Origin: Bacteroidia bacterium
GTDB taxonomy: Bacteria > Bacteroidota > Bacteroidia > JANWJV01
Length of the DNA stretch: 64,000 nt
NCBI GenBank assembly: GCA_025451785.1
Contig: JANWJV010000001.1
Location: 1,136 to 65,135, forward strand
Direction: 5' to 3'
Shown here: in pieces, positions 47,798 to 56,769 of the stretch
Layout: every line of letters starts with the position of its first letter
Numbering within the stretch: position 1 is the first letter of the stretch
Program-made: the position numbers and the translations under genes
The notes under the pieces: generated by a model
Database searches by the model: none
What the model was told of the DNA's origin: nothing
What the model saw: only the letters and a program-made list of their open reading frames with translations

Positions 47798-49783
47798 ATG
47801 AAAAACAAATTACTATTGGGACTCGCGCTGGTGGTTGGCTTTACGGCCGCTGCACAAAGCCCGTATGCCCCGAAACAAAAACAGGCAGCGAAAGTTCCTT
47901 CATCTTTTGCGAACGTTTCCATGCCCTTTAAAAAGAGTGATGTTTACAAAGGCGGCGATGACGAAATCGGTTTCGACAAATACGCCCTCCAGAGCAAAAT
48001 AGTGACCGCTCAGAACAAGAACTATGGCGGAAACACTGTTCAAGGTTACACCCTTAAGGTGCTCGATAGTACATATTATGATCTTCAAACCAACACGGCC
48101 ATCGGCAACAGGATGGACTGGAACTCCCAGGACAATGCCATCTCTGCAGTATGGACCCTTTGCCCCATCGCAACCCACCCTTCTTTCCCTACAAGGGGTA
48201 CCGGTTACAGCTATGGTGCTAACATGGGAACCAACTGGAGCGTGAGCGTTGCTCGCGAAGAGAACGACCGTACCGGCTGGCCCAGCATCCTGGTGACCTC
48301 TACCGGCAAGGAACTTAACATTGCCCATAACACCAACCAGATGCAGCTGCATATGATCAGCAGGAACGGCGCTGGTGGCGGTGCATGGACACAGTCTACA
48401 ACCACCCTTGCAAGCACCGCAACAGGCGGTAACCTTTGGGCAAGAGCAGTGGTTGGCGGTACCGCAAGGAAATCCATCCACATGATCTCTCTTACTGCTC
48501 CTGTAGCTAACTCAGGCGCTATTTACAAAGGAATGGACGGCGCTGTTCTTTACAGCCGTTCACTCGACGAAGGCGCTACCTGGCCTATTCTTCACCAGGA
48601 CATCGTTGGCATCGACTCTTCTGGCTATATCGGCTGGGGCGGTGACAACTACGCGATCGACGCGCGCGGCGATACCATCGCTATCGTGCTCGGCGGTTTC
48701 GACGTTGACGTTGTGCTCATGAAGTCGACCGACAACGGAACTACCTGGACCAAGAAGATCGTTCACCCCTTCCCGATCCCGAAATACGACTCAGCGATCA
48801 AAACTACCGACTGGGATAACGACGGAACACCTGACACCATCGACTCTAACGACGGTTCAGTGGCGGTTCTCCTCGACAACGCCGGTAAGGCGCACGTTTG
48901 GTTTGGCAACATGAGGGTTCTTTGTACCACTCCCGGCACCGGCAACGGACAGGGGTTGAGCTATTTCCCTTATACTGACGGCCTCATGTACTGGAACGAG
49001 ATCACACAGGGCTCTGCCACTATGATCGCTTCTTGTATGGACGTAAACCCCTCTAACGGTCAGATCGACATTCCCACCGGTGGTACTCCTCTTTCTATTG
49101 GCAGCTACTACAAGGGACTTTCTTCTTTCCCCAATGCGGGTATCGATGCTTCCGGCAAGATCTTCCTGGCTTACGCCAGCCTTGCTGAAGGTACCGATGA
49201 CGGTAACAGCAAAGCATACCGCCACACCTTCCTGATGCGCTCTGACGATAACGGCGCTACCTGGATGCAGGCGAAAGACATCGTTGACAGCACATGGCAG
49301 GGCAGCGGCAGCTCAGGTAACTTCCTCGAAGGTATCTACTGCGACGTTCTGCGCAGGGTTGACAACAACGTTCACCTGATCTATCAGCGCGACGGTTACG
49401 CGGGCCACAGCCTTTCAGGCGCCAACCCTGGCGATACCGATCCCAGCAACAAGAACCAGATCAACGAGATCTGCTACCTCCAGGTTCCTGTTAACTACCT
49501 GTTCGTAGGTAACAACGAGATCGAGACCGACCTCGCGAAGAGTGTTTCTATTTACCCGAACCCCGCGCACACCTTTACTAACGTGAGCATCGAACTTACC
49601 AAGCCTGAGAAGGTGAACGTAACGATCCTCGACATCGTTGGCAAAGAAGTGAGCTCATTCAGCAGGGATCTCCTCGCAAGCGGCATCCTCAGCGTGAACA
49701 CCTCTGCTATGCCTGCAGGTGTTTACTTTGTAAGGACCACCGTTGGCGCGCAAAGCGTAACCAACAAGCTTATTGTTGAGTAA
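47798..49783 (+). CDS. Secreted BNR/Asp-box repeat (sialidase-like beta-propeller) protein with T9SS type-A C-terminal sorting domain
   Basis: Signal peptide MKNKLLLGLALVVGFTAAAQ. Asp-boxes SLDEGATW, STDNGTTW and SDDNGATW. The last roughly 80 aa (…SVSIYPNPAHTFTNVSIEL…GVYFVRTTVGAQSVTNKLIVE) match the Por secretion tail (type-A CTD). Confidence 0.85.
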   Translation: MKNKLLLGLALVVGFTAAAQSPYAPKQKQAAKVPSSFANVSMPFKKSDVYKGGDDEIGFDKYALQSKIVTAQNKNYGGNTVQGYTLKVLDSTYYDLQTNTAIGNRMDWNSQDNAISAVWTLCPIATHPSFPTRGTGYSYGANMGTNWSVSVAREENDRTGWPSILVTSTGKELNIAHNTNQMQLHMISRNGAGGGAWTQSTTTLASTATGGNLWARAVVGGTARKSIHMISLTAPVANSGAIYKGMDGAVLYSRSLDEGATWPILHQDIVGIDSSGYIGWGGDNYAIDARGDTIAIVLGGFDVDVVLMKSTDNGTTWTKKIVHPFPIPKYDSAIKTTDWDNDGTPDTIDSNDGSVAVLLDNAGKAHVWFGNMRVLCTTPGTGNGQGLSYFPYTDGLMYWNEITQGSATMIASCMDVNPSNGQIDIPTGGTPLSIGSYYKGLSSFPNAGIDASGKIFLAYASLAEGTDDGNSKAYRHTFLMRSDDNGATWMQAKDIVDSTWQGSGSSGNFLEGIYCDVLRRVDNNVHLIYQRDGYAGHSLSGANPGDTDPSNKNQINEICYLQVPVNYLFVGNNEIETDLAKSVSIYPNPAHTFTNVSIELTKPEKVNVTILDIVGKEVSSFSRDLLASGILSVNTSAMPAGVYFVRTTVGAQSVTNKLIVE

Positions 49784-49807
49784 TCAGACCTTACCTGTTT
49801 GCAGAGA

Positions 49808-49838
49808 GCCCTTGACGAAAGTCAGGGGCTTTTTGTTT
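49808..49838 (+). terminator. Rho-independent terminator after the BNR/T9SS gene
   Basis: Hairpin gcccttgacgaaagtcaggggc followed by tttttgtttt. Confidence 0.6.
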
Positions 49839-50038
49839 TACCTGCTGTAGCTTTAGCGAAGGCAGGTTTTATTCACATGAGCATTCCTCTCATCACACCG
49901 GGGAAATGTCGCCTTGTAGGTCATTTTCTACGGCTGGGTTTTCTTCTAAAATCACACTTCGTCGCCTCTTTTCTGCTGGCATTATTTTGCTGGTCTAATG
50001 CAAACTAATTAATCAATCAATTTAAAAAGGAGGTAACA

Positions 50039-50686
50039 ATGAGAAGATCAAGCAACAGAGGGTTTGCATCGATGGACCCAGAAGAACATCGTGAACTATC
50101 GCGCCGGGGCGGCCAGGCCTCTCATGGCACAAGTAATTCGCGCAGGAGCCGCAGCGATCGCGACGAAGACGACAACCGCTATCAGAACCGAAATAACTGG
50201 TACGACGAAGACCATGGATCGGGTTACGGGCGTTACAGCGATGAAAATAACGACTACAGCAGGGGCAGAAGCCGCGACAGAGAGGATGATAATTCCTCTT
50301 CCCGGGGCCGCAGCCAGGGCAGCATTTACGATGAGAACGATCATCGTGGTTCATCGAGAGGCCGAAGTCGCTATTATGATGAAGATTATCGTGGCAGCGA
50401 CTATGGTTCGAGGAGCATTCAAAGCGACTATGATGATGACGATTACCGTGGTTCGTCCAGGAACGATCAAAGGCGTTACGAAGAGGATGAGGATGATTAT
50501 CGCTATTCCGGAAGAAGAGGATATTCAAGGAGGGGCTTTGCCGGCATGGACCCAGAAGAACAGCGTGAGATCGCCAGCATGGGCGGCAGGGCCGCGCATG
50601 AACAGGGTGTTGCCCATGAGTTTGATTCAGAAGAAGCGCGCAGGGCCGGCCGTAAAGGCGGCAGAACAAGGTCGCAAAAACGCTAA
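50039..50686 (+). CDS. KGG-repeat stress-induced protein; intrinsically disordered, hydrophilin-like, with (D/E)(D/E)YRGS(S/D) low-complexity repeats
   Basis: Terminal motifs RGFASMDPEEHRELSRRGGQASH and RRGFAGMDPEEQREIASMGGRAAHE are KGG-type stress repeats. The middle is Arg/Ser/Asp/Tyr-rich repeats. A strong SD, aaaggaggt, sits 6 nt before the ATG. Confidence 0.7.
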   Translation: MRRSSNRGFASMDPEEHRELSRRGGQASHGTSNSRRSRSDRDEDDNRYQNRNNWYDEDHGSGYGRYSDENNDYSRGRSRDREDDNSSSRGRSQGSIYDENDHRGSSRGRSRYYDEDYRGSDYGSRSIQSDYDDDDYRGSSRNDQRRYEEDEDDYRYSGRRGYSRRGFAGMDPEEQREIASMGGRAAHEQGVAHEFDSEEARRAGRKGGRTRSQKR

Positions 50687-50708
50687 TCGTATCGATCTGA
50701 AAATGGAA

Positions 50709-50734
50709 GACCGCCGCAATGGCGGTCTTTTTTT
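50709..50734. terminator. Bidirectional rho-independent terminator between the KGG gene and convergent bshB1
   Basis: Perfect hairpin gaccgcc-gcaat-ggcggtc followed by a T7 run. The bshB1 stop lies in the T-run. Confidence 0.7.
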
Positions 50735-51449
50735 AGATAAGGCTGAAGAGGTCGTGTACGCCAATGCTGCGCTCAGTAGTGAAGGCCTCAGCGTATTCAA
50801 CATTAATGTCCCTTCCGGAGATCCGCATTTTGGCCCTTACAAAATCGAAGAAATTTTTAGAGGAGATCGGCGTCTCCGCCTCTTTGGAGTTCTTGTCGTA
50901 GAACTGCGAAGCAAAAGCCTGAATGGCTTCCATCTTCTTGTCCATGAAAGGAGTGATGTCAACCAGAATATCGGGTTTGATATAGCGGTCCTGCACATAA
51001 TGGTAAACGGCTGCCGGGCGCCAGGCCTGCTGTTCCTTCCCTCCCACCTTGGTCACTAACTTTTGAAGGCCCGACAAATAACAGGCATCCGATACCAATT
51101 GCGAAGACCTTCCATGGTCAGGATGCCGGTCAGCAACCGCATTGCATAACACAAGGAAGGGTCTGTATTGGCGTATCTTTTGGATGATGAGTTCCTGGTG
51201 AGCACGGTCGTTACTGAAAAAGCCATCAGCCATGCACAGGTTCTCCCTTACAGAAACGCCAAGGATCTTTGCCGCTTTTGCGGCTTCTTTCATACGGATG
51301 GCCGCGCTGCCGCGGGTACCCAGCTCGCCTTGTGTAAGGTCGATGATGCCGGCCTTTTTGCCCTGATGAATATGTTTGAGGATAGTGCCGGCGCAGGAAA
51401 GCTCCACATCGTCGGGGTGCGCGCCAAATGCAAGAAGATCGAGTTTCAC
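50733..51449 (-). CDS. bshB1: Bacillithiol biosynthesis deacetylase BshB1 (PIG-L/LmbE family)
   Basis: AFGAHPDDVELSCAGT…HPDH zinc-binding motifs of the LmbE fold. 238 aa. Confidence 0.8.
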   Translation of the reverse strand: MKLDLLAFGAHPDDVELSCAGTILKHIHQGKKAGIIDLTQGELGTRGSAAIRMKEAAKAAKILGVSVRENLCMADGFFSNDRAHQELIIQKIRQYRPFLVLCNAVADRHPDHGRSSQLVSDACYLSGLQKLVTKVGGKEQQAWRPAAVYHYVQDRYIKPDILVDITPFMDKKMEAIQAFASQFYDKNSKEAETPISSKNFFDFVRAKMRISGRDINVEYAEAFTTERSIGVHDLFSLI

Positions 51450-51464
51450 GTGTATTGTTTCGGC

Positions 51465-52010
51465 TTATTTACCGGTGATCCACTTTACCAGTTCTTCGTC
51501 CATGGGCTTTACCTTCGAGGAATAGTCCCCGCACCATTTTCCATTCTCATCAATGGCGAACTTCCAGAAGTTCCAGCGGATCTCGGCGTCCTTTACGCCG
51601 TTGAGCGTTTTCTGTGTGAGCCATTGGTAAACAGGATCAATGTCGGAACCTTTTACAGAAACCTTCGACATCATGGTGAAGCTCACGCCGTAGTTCTTCT
51701 TACAAAATTCCGCAATGTCCTTATTGGTACCCGGCTCTTGCGCGCCGAAGTTATTGGCGGGGAAGCCGACGATGGTAAAGTTCTTGCCACCGTATTTCTT
51801 AAAAAGCTTTTCCAGGTCTTCGTACTGAGGGGTATAGCCGCATTCGGAAGCGGTGTTTACGATAAGCACCTTTTTGCCTTTAAGCGTAGCGAAATCGAAT
51901 TCCTTGCCGTCGATGGTGGTACCTTTCAGTTCGTAGAACGATTTTACAGAGGGCTGCGCGGCCAGGTTGATGCCTAAAAGCGAAGCGACAAAGAGTAAGA
52001 ACTTTTTCAT
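51465..52010 (-). CDS. Glutathione peroxidase (secreted/periplasmic form)
   Basis: Catalytic motif LIVNTASECGYT, FPANNFGAQEPG and WNFWKF signatures. The start is taken at MKKFLLFVASLLGINLAAQ, which gives a signal peptide; the ORF-track start is 52037. Confidence 0.85.
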   Translation of the reverse strand: MKKFLLFVASLLGINLAAQPSVKSFYELKGTTIDGKEFDFATLKGKKVLIVNTASECGYTPQYEDLEKLFKKYGGKNFTIVGFPANNFGAQEPGTNKDIAEFCKKNYGVSFTMMSKVSVKGSDIDPVYQWLTQKTLNGVKDAEIRWNFWKFAIDENGKWCGDYSSKVKPMDEELVKWITGK

Positions 52011-52040
52011 CTTGGTTTTTATTGAATAGCTACACAAATA

Positions 52041-52184
52041 TAGTTATTAGTTGGTTAGTTATTGGTTTTGGTTTTTTAGGTATTTGTTATGGTTTTCTGG
52101 TTGGATTCAGGCTCTGGATCATAGAACTATGACTGACAACCAAATTAACTATAACCATAAACCAACCAACCAATAACCAATTAT
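52041..52184. repeat. Long imperfect inverted repeat built from TTGGTT/AACCAA units, flanking a roughly 35-bp core, in the gpx/ccmB divergent intergenic region
   Basis: Left arm tagttggttagttattggttttggtt…tatggtt versus right arm aaccataaaccaaccaaccaataaccaatta, which are reverse-complementary with mismatches. A nested ggttg…caacc pair encloses the core. Confidence 0.5.
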
Positions 52185-52189
52185 CTTTG
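52182..52189 (+). promoter_or_regulatory. Candidate -7 box TATCTTTG only 8 nt upstream of the ccmB ATG (possible leaderless or near-leaderless transcript, or an internal later start)
   Basis: Exact TAnnTTTG match at 52182-52189; the ccmB ATG is at 52197. Confidence 0.3.
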
Positions 52190-52196
52190 CTCCGGA

Positions 52197-52856
52197 ATGG
52201 CTGCCAAAGAAGTACTGCACCTAATGGGAAAAGAACTTTCCCTCGAACTGCGCCAGCGCAACGCGCTGAATGGCATTCTGCTGTATGTCATTTCCACCGT
52301 TTTTATCGCCTACCTCAGCTTCAAACATGTGATCGATCCTCCTACCTGGAACGCCCTGTTCTGGATCATCTTGCTGTTTGCCTCGGTGAACGCTGTTTCC
52401 AAAAGCTTCCTCCAGGAGAACAAAGGGCGATTGCTCTATTTGTATACGCTTGCCTCACCCCGTTCGGTGATCACCGCAAAGATCCTCTATAACATGGCCC
52501 TGGTGGCGCTGCTGTCGTTGCTCAACTTTGCCTGTTACAGCCTGTTCATAGGAAATAGTGTACAGGACATCACCCTGTTCTTGATCGTTCTTTTGCTTGG
52601 CAGCGCAGGGCTTGCCTCGGTACTTGCCATGGTATCGGCCATTGCCTCAAAAACCAATAACAGTACAGGCCTTATGGCGGTGCTCAGCTTCCCAATTTTG
52701 ATCCCTTTGCTGCTCACCCTTATCAAAGCCTCCAAGAACGCCGTTGACGGCCTCGACTGGAGCGTTAGCTATTCGTTACTGATCGTGCTGGTCGCTCTCA
52801 ACCTCCTGGTGTTCGCACTGGCCTATCTGTTATTTCCTTACCTTTGGAAAGATTAA
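52197..52856 (+). CDS. ccmB: Heme exporter protein B (cytochrome c maturation ABC permease)
   Basis: 219 aa with 6 TM helices. CcmB-like length and topology. Adjacent to ccmC. Confidence 0.75.
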   Translation: MAAKEVLHLMGKELSLELRQRNALNGILLYVISTVFIAYLSFKHVIDPPTWNALFWIILLFASVNAVSKSFLQENKGRLLYLYTLASPRSVITAKILYNMALVALLSLLNFACYSLFIGNSVQDITLFLIVLLLGSAGLASVLAMVSAIASKTNNSTGLMAVLSFPILIPLLLTLIKASKNAVDGLDWSVSYSLLIVLVALNLLVFALAYLLFPYLWKD

Positions 52857-52871
52857 ATTCCCTGTGAAATC

Positions 52872-53555
52872 ATGAAGAAAAACTGGTGGAAGATCGTGGC
52901 GGTTGCACTGGTGGCGTATACCATCCTGGGCGGCTTTCTTTTCGATGTGCCGCGCAGGGCGATCCTTCATGAAAGCATCCGAAATGTACATTTTCACGTT
53001 TGTATGTGGTTCGCCATGCTATTTACCATGACAGCGGCCCTGGTGTTCGGCATCCGCTACCTTCTTAAGTTCCGTACCGAAGACGATATTTACGCCTCCG
53101 AGGCAATGAACATAAGCATTCTGTTTTCGGCTCTTGGCGTGATCACCGGTTCGGTATGGGCTAAGTTCACCTGGAGCGAATGGCCCCTCTTATCGCTCAA
53201 AGGCTGGTGGGTGGACGATGTGAAGTTGAACGGTTCCGCCATCTGCATGCTGGTATTCCTCGCCTACCTGGTATTGAGAGGCGCCATTGATGAAGAACAA
53301 AAGAGCGCGAGGATCGCCGCGGTGTACAGCATATTTGCGTATGTGATCATGATCGTGCTGCTGCTTATCCTTCCCCGCTTGACCGATTCTCTGCATCCCG
53401 GCAACGGTGGCAATCCCGGCTTCAGCCAGTATGACCTCGACAGCCGCATGCGCATAGTATTTTATCCTGCTATTATCGGCTGGACATTGCTTGGTGTATG
53501 GATGATGCAGCTCCGCGTACGTATTAAAAAACTTGAACGGAAAACAGAACTATGA
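52872..53555 (+). CDS. ccmC: Heme exporter protein C
   Basis: 227 aa. A Trp-rich periplasmic loop (WAKFTWSEWPLLSLKGWWVDD) corresponds to the WWD domain. Flanking His residues are present. Confidence 0.8.
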   Translation: MKKNWWKIVAVALVAYTILGGFLFDVPRRAILHESIRNVHFHVCMWFAMLFTMTAALVFGIRYLLKFRTEDDIYASEAMNISILFSALGVITGSVWAKFTWSEWPLLSLKGWWVDDVKLNGSAICMLVFLAYLVLRGAIDEEQKSARIAAVYSIFAYVIMIVLLLILPRLTDSLHPGNGGNPGFSQYDLDSRMRIVFYPAIIGWTLLGVWMMQLRVRIKKLERKTEL

Positions 53556-53764
53556 AACGCATTCTTAGCTTTTTCGCATTCCTTATGATCGCCTTTTCTT
53601 CCTTTGCGCAGGAAGATGGCGTAGAGATGGCCGACGCGCTGCGCTCCAACGGAAAGATCTATGTGGTGGTAACGGTGTTGATGGTTATTTTCATAGGCAT
53701 CGTGCTTTACCTCGTGAGGATCGACAGGAAATTGTCTAAACTTGAATCAGGACAAAAGAAATGA
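53552..53764 (+). CDS. ccmD: CcmD-family small membrane protein
   Basis: 70 aa, single TM. Translationally coupled to both ccmC and ccmE by ATGA overlaps. Confidence 0.6.
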   Translation: MKRILSFFAFLMIAFSSFAQEDGVEMADALRSNGKIYVVVTVLMVIFIGIVLYLVRIDRKLSKLESGQKK

Positions 53765-54171
53765 AAAAGATACACGTAATAGGGATCATTGTCATCGCGG
53801 TAGCCATTGGCGCCATCATGACCACGCTGGGCAGCACCAGCACCTATGCTTCTTTTACCGAAGCCGCTCAAAAGCCCAATACTGAATTTCACGTGGTGGG
53901 AAAACTGAACAAGGACAAAGAGACCGTTTACGATCCCAAGACCAATGCCAACCTTTTCACCTTTTATATGATCGATAATAAAGGCGTTGAGAAAAAGGTA
54001 TTGCTTTACAAGAACAAACCTCAGGACTTCGAGCGCTCCGAGCAGATCGTGCTCATTGGCAAATGCACCGGCGACGAGTTCCATGCCAACGACATCCTGA
54101 TGAAATGCCCGTCGAAGTACAACGACGGCAAGCCCCAGGAAAAAACCTCCGGCGCCAAACCAGCAGCCTAA
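53761..54171 (+). CDS. ccmE: Cytochrome c maturation heme chaperone CcmE, CXXXY variant
   Basis: N-terminal TM anchor plus an OB-fold. The heme-binding motif is LMKCPSKY (Cys in place of the canonical His of HxxxY). Confidence 0.75.
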   Translation: MKKIHVIGIIVIAVAIGAIMTTLGSTSTYASFTEAAQKPNTEFHVVGKLNKDKETVYDPKTNANLFTFYMIDNKGVEKKVLLYKNKPQDFERSEQIVLIGKCTGDEFHANDILMKCPSKYNDGKPQEKTSGAKPAA

Positions 54172-56769
54172 ATGGAAATTGAATATGTAGGAGAGCGCCT
54201 TCTGCCCGGACAATTAGGGAATGCTTTTCTTATCCTCTCCTTCGTTGCTTCGCTCGTGGCGGCCATCGCCTATTTCTTCGCGGAGAAAGATCAGTTAGGA
54301 ACCAGTTGGAAGAACACCGGCCGCTGGGCTTTCAGGATCCATTTTATTTCGGTATTGGGAATGATCGGCACTCTTTTCTGGATGCTGTTCAATCATTACT
54401 TTGAATACGAGTACGTGTGGCACCATTCCAATACGGCTATGCCCATGCGTTATATCATGAGCTGCTTTTGGGAAGGCCAGGAAGGCAGCTTCCTGCTCTG
54501 GATCTTCTGGCAAAGCTTATTAGGCCTTATCCTTATTCGCAGCGCAAAGGATTTTGAAGCGCCGGTTATGAGCGTAGTATCGCTGGCACAGGCCTTCCTC
54601 GGCACCATGCTGCTGGGAGTGTATGTGCTCGATTATAAACTGGGAAGCAATCCCTTTACGGTTCTTCTGAGGGAAATGCCCGACTCGGTAAATATGCCTT
54701 TGTTCACGAATACCAAGGCAGCAGCTGACGGGCATCTTTATAATGATTACCTGAGCAAGCTCGATGGCCGCGGCCTTAACCTATTGCTGCAGAACTACTG
54801 GATGACCATCCACCCTCCTACTCTTTTCCTGGGCTTTGCCTTAACGCTTGTTCCCTTCGCGTATGCCATTGCGGGGCTTTGGACCAAACGTTTGCACGAA
54901 TGGCAAACGCCGGCCCTGCCCTGGACCTTCTTTGGGGTAATGGTATTGGGAACAGGTATCCTTATGGGCGGCGCCTGGGCTTACGAAGCGCTTAGCTTCG
55001 GCGGATTCTGGGCCTGGGACCCTGTGGAGAACGCGTCATTGGTGCCCTGGCTCACCTTTGTGGCCTCGGCCCACGTAATGATCATCAGCCGGAAAAAAGG
55101 CGGCTCGCTGTACGCTACTTTCCTGCTTACAAGTATTACCTACATTCTTATCCTGTATTCCACCTTCCTTACCCGCAGCGGAATATTGGGTGATACCTCC
55201 GTACACTCTTTCACTGACCTGGGTCTGCTTCGGCAATTGTTATTCTACCTGCTCTTCTTTGTAGCGCTCACCATTTATTTGCTCCTGCTCGATAAACAAA
55301 CAAGATTGGTATATGGAGTATTGTGTTTATTGATCTTTACCTTCCTGTTCTTTGTTCCCGGTGCGGCTTCTGTATCGTCTATCACCTTTGCGGCTGTTTC
55401 GTTGATCGCCCTGTTCTATGGCTACTTCAGGTTCTTTCCTAAGGAAACCGAAGAAGAAGACCTTTGGTCGAGGGAGTTTTGGATGTTCATAGGAGCGCTT
55501 GTGCTTGTCATCTCTTCCTGCCAGATCATCCTGGAAACATCGCAGCCCGTGATCAATAAAATATTTGGCTGGACAAAAGCGCCGCGGAAAGATGCCATCG
55601 CGTATTATAATCAGTGGCAGGTAGCCTTCGCTATTCTCGTCGCCTTGCTTATTGCCACCGGACAGTTCTTTCGCTTTAAGAAGACCGAGATAAAAGTGTT
55701 CCTGAAAAAGATATCCCTTTCCTTTGCTTTATCGGCCCTGCTCTCCGGGCTCATGATGTGGGGTCTTGGGTTGAAGAACGTGTTTTATTGCACCCTGCTT
55801 TTCTGCTCTGTGTTCGCGGTACTGGCTAATATGGATTATTTTATTCGCGTTCTCAAAGGCAGCATTTCTAAAGCCGGCGCCTCGGTAGCGCATGCAGGTT
55901 TCGGCCTTATCCTGCTGGGAGTACTTATCTCCACTTCCAAAAAGGACATTATCTCGATAAATACTTCAGGCAAGGACATTGAAAGCCTCGGGACGTCCAA
56001 TAAAACCAACATCCTTCTTAACCAAGGCGATACTCTTAAGATGGGCGATTATTTTGTTACCTATACCAGCAAGGATTTCGAAGGGCCTAATGTTTATTTT
56101 AACATTGAGTATTATTCGAAGGACGCAGCGGGTGTTATGAAGCATGAGTTCACGTTAAGGCCCCGTCTGCAGACCAGTAAGAACGAGAACATGGGCATGG
56201 TGCCCGAACCTGATACGCGGCATTTTTTGCATAAGGATATTTACACCCATGTAACCTTTGTGGAACCTGAGTCGCTGAAGAAGAAAAAAGCAGCCTCCGA
56301 TGAATACGGTCCGCCCTCAGCCTTCAGCATCAAGCGGGGCGATTCACTTTTCTCCTCCAATAGTATTATCGTACTCGAGGAGATCGATACTAAACGGAGC
56401 CTGGATTCCATGAAGCGCTTTGGCATTACCGAAGGCGATATATGGGTGGTGGCGAAACTGAAGGCCGTTGATATCAAGAAGAAGCTGCGTTATGCCGAGC
56501 CGGTGTATGTGATCCGCGGTAACGAAACGCATACGATCCTCGCCGAGATAAAAGAGCTGGGCCTGCGATTTGCTTTCGAGAAGGTAGATCCTAACACCGG
56601 TACCTTTACCATCTCGCTGATGGAGAAGAATTCCAACAAGCAGGACTTCATTGTGATGGAAGCCATCATTTTTCCCTGGATCAATGTGTTGTGGCTGGGC
56701 TGTATCATTATGATCATCGGTACGGTGATCGCTGTCATAGAAAGGATACGAAAGCTGAAACATGGCTAA
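54172..56769 (+). CDS. ccmF: Cytochrome c-type biogenesis protein CcmF (heme lyase), long form
   Basis: 865 aa. WWD domain GGFWAWDPVENASLVPWL, the conserved His residues, and a roughly 250-aa C-terminal periplasmic extension. Confidence 0.9.
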   Translation: MEIEYVGERLLPGQLGNAFLILSFVASLVAAIAYFFAEKDQLGTSWKNTGRWAFRIHFISVLGMIGTLFWMLFNHYFEYEYVWHHSNTAMPMRYIMSCFWEGQEGSFLLWIFWQSLLGLILIRSAKDFEAPVMSVVSLAQAFLGTMLLGVYVLDYKLGSNPFTVLLREMPDSVNMPLFTNTKAAADGHLYNDYLSKLDGRGLNLLLQNYWMTIHPPTLFLGFALTLVPFAYAIAGLWTKRLHEWQTPALPWTFFGVMVLGTGILMGGAWAYEALSFGGFWAWDPVENASLVPWLTFVASAHVMIISRKKGGSLYATFLLTSITYILILYSTFLTRSGILGDTSVHSFTDLGLLRQLLFYLLFFVALTIYLLLLDKQTRLVYGVLCLLIFTFLFFVPGAASVSSITFAAVSLIALFYGYFRFFPKETEEEDLWSREFWMFIGALVLVISSCQIILETSQPVINKIFGWTKAPRKDAIAYYNQWQVAFAILVALLIATGQFFRFKKTEIKVFLKKISLSFALSALLSGLMMWGLGLKNVFYCTLLFCSVFAVLANMDYFIRVLKGSISKAGASVAHAGFGLILLGVLISTSKKDIISINTSGKDIESLGTSNKTNILLNQGDTLKMGDYFVTYTSKDFEGPNVYFNIEYYSKDAAGVMKHEFTLRPRLQTSKNENMGMVPEPDTRHFLHKDIYTHVTFVEPESLKKKKAASDEYGPPSAFSIKRGDSLFSSNSIIVLEEIDTKRSLDSMKRFGITEGDIWVVAKLKAVDIKKKLRYAEPVYVIRGNETHTILAEIKELGLRFAFEKVDPNTGTFTISLMEKNSNKQDFIVMEAIIFPWINVLWLGCIIMIIGTVIAVIERIRKLKHG

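Noticed and set aside
50022-51059. ORFs 50064..51059 (plus strand, 331 aa) and 50022..50669 (minus strand, 215 aa) overlapping the KGG-repeat gene and bshB1
   Set aside because: These are alternative frames of the GA-rich repeat region. Only the 50039 frame gives recognisable KGG motifs and has the SD. The 50064 frame runs antisense through bshB1.
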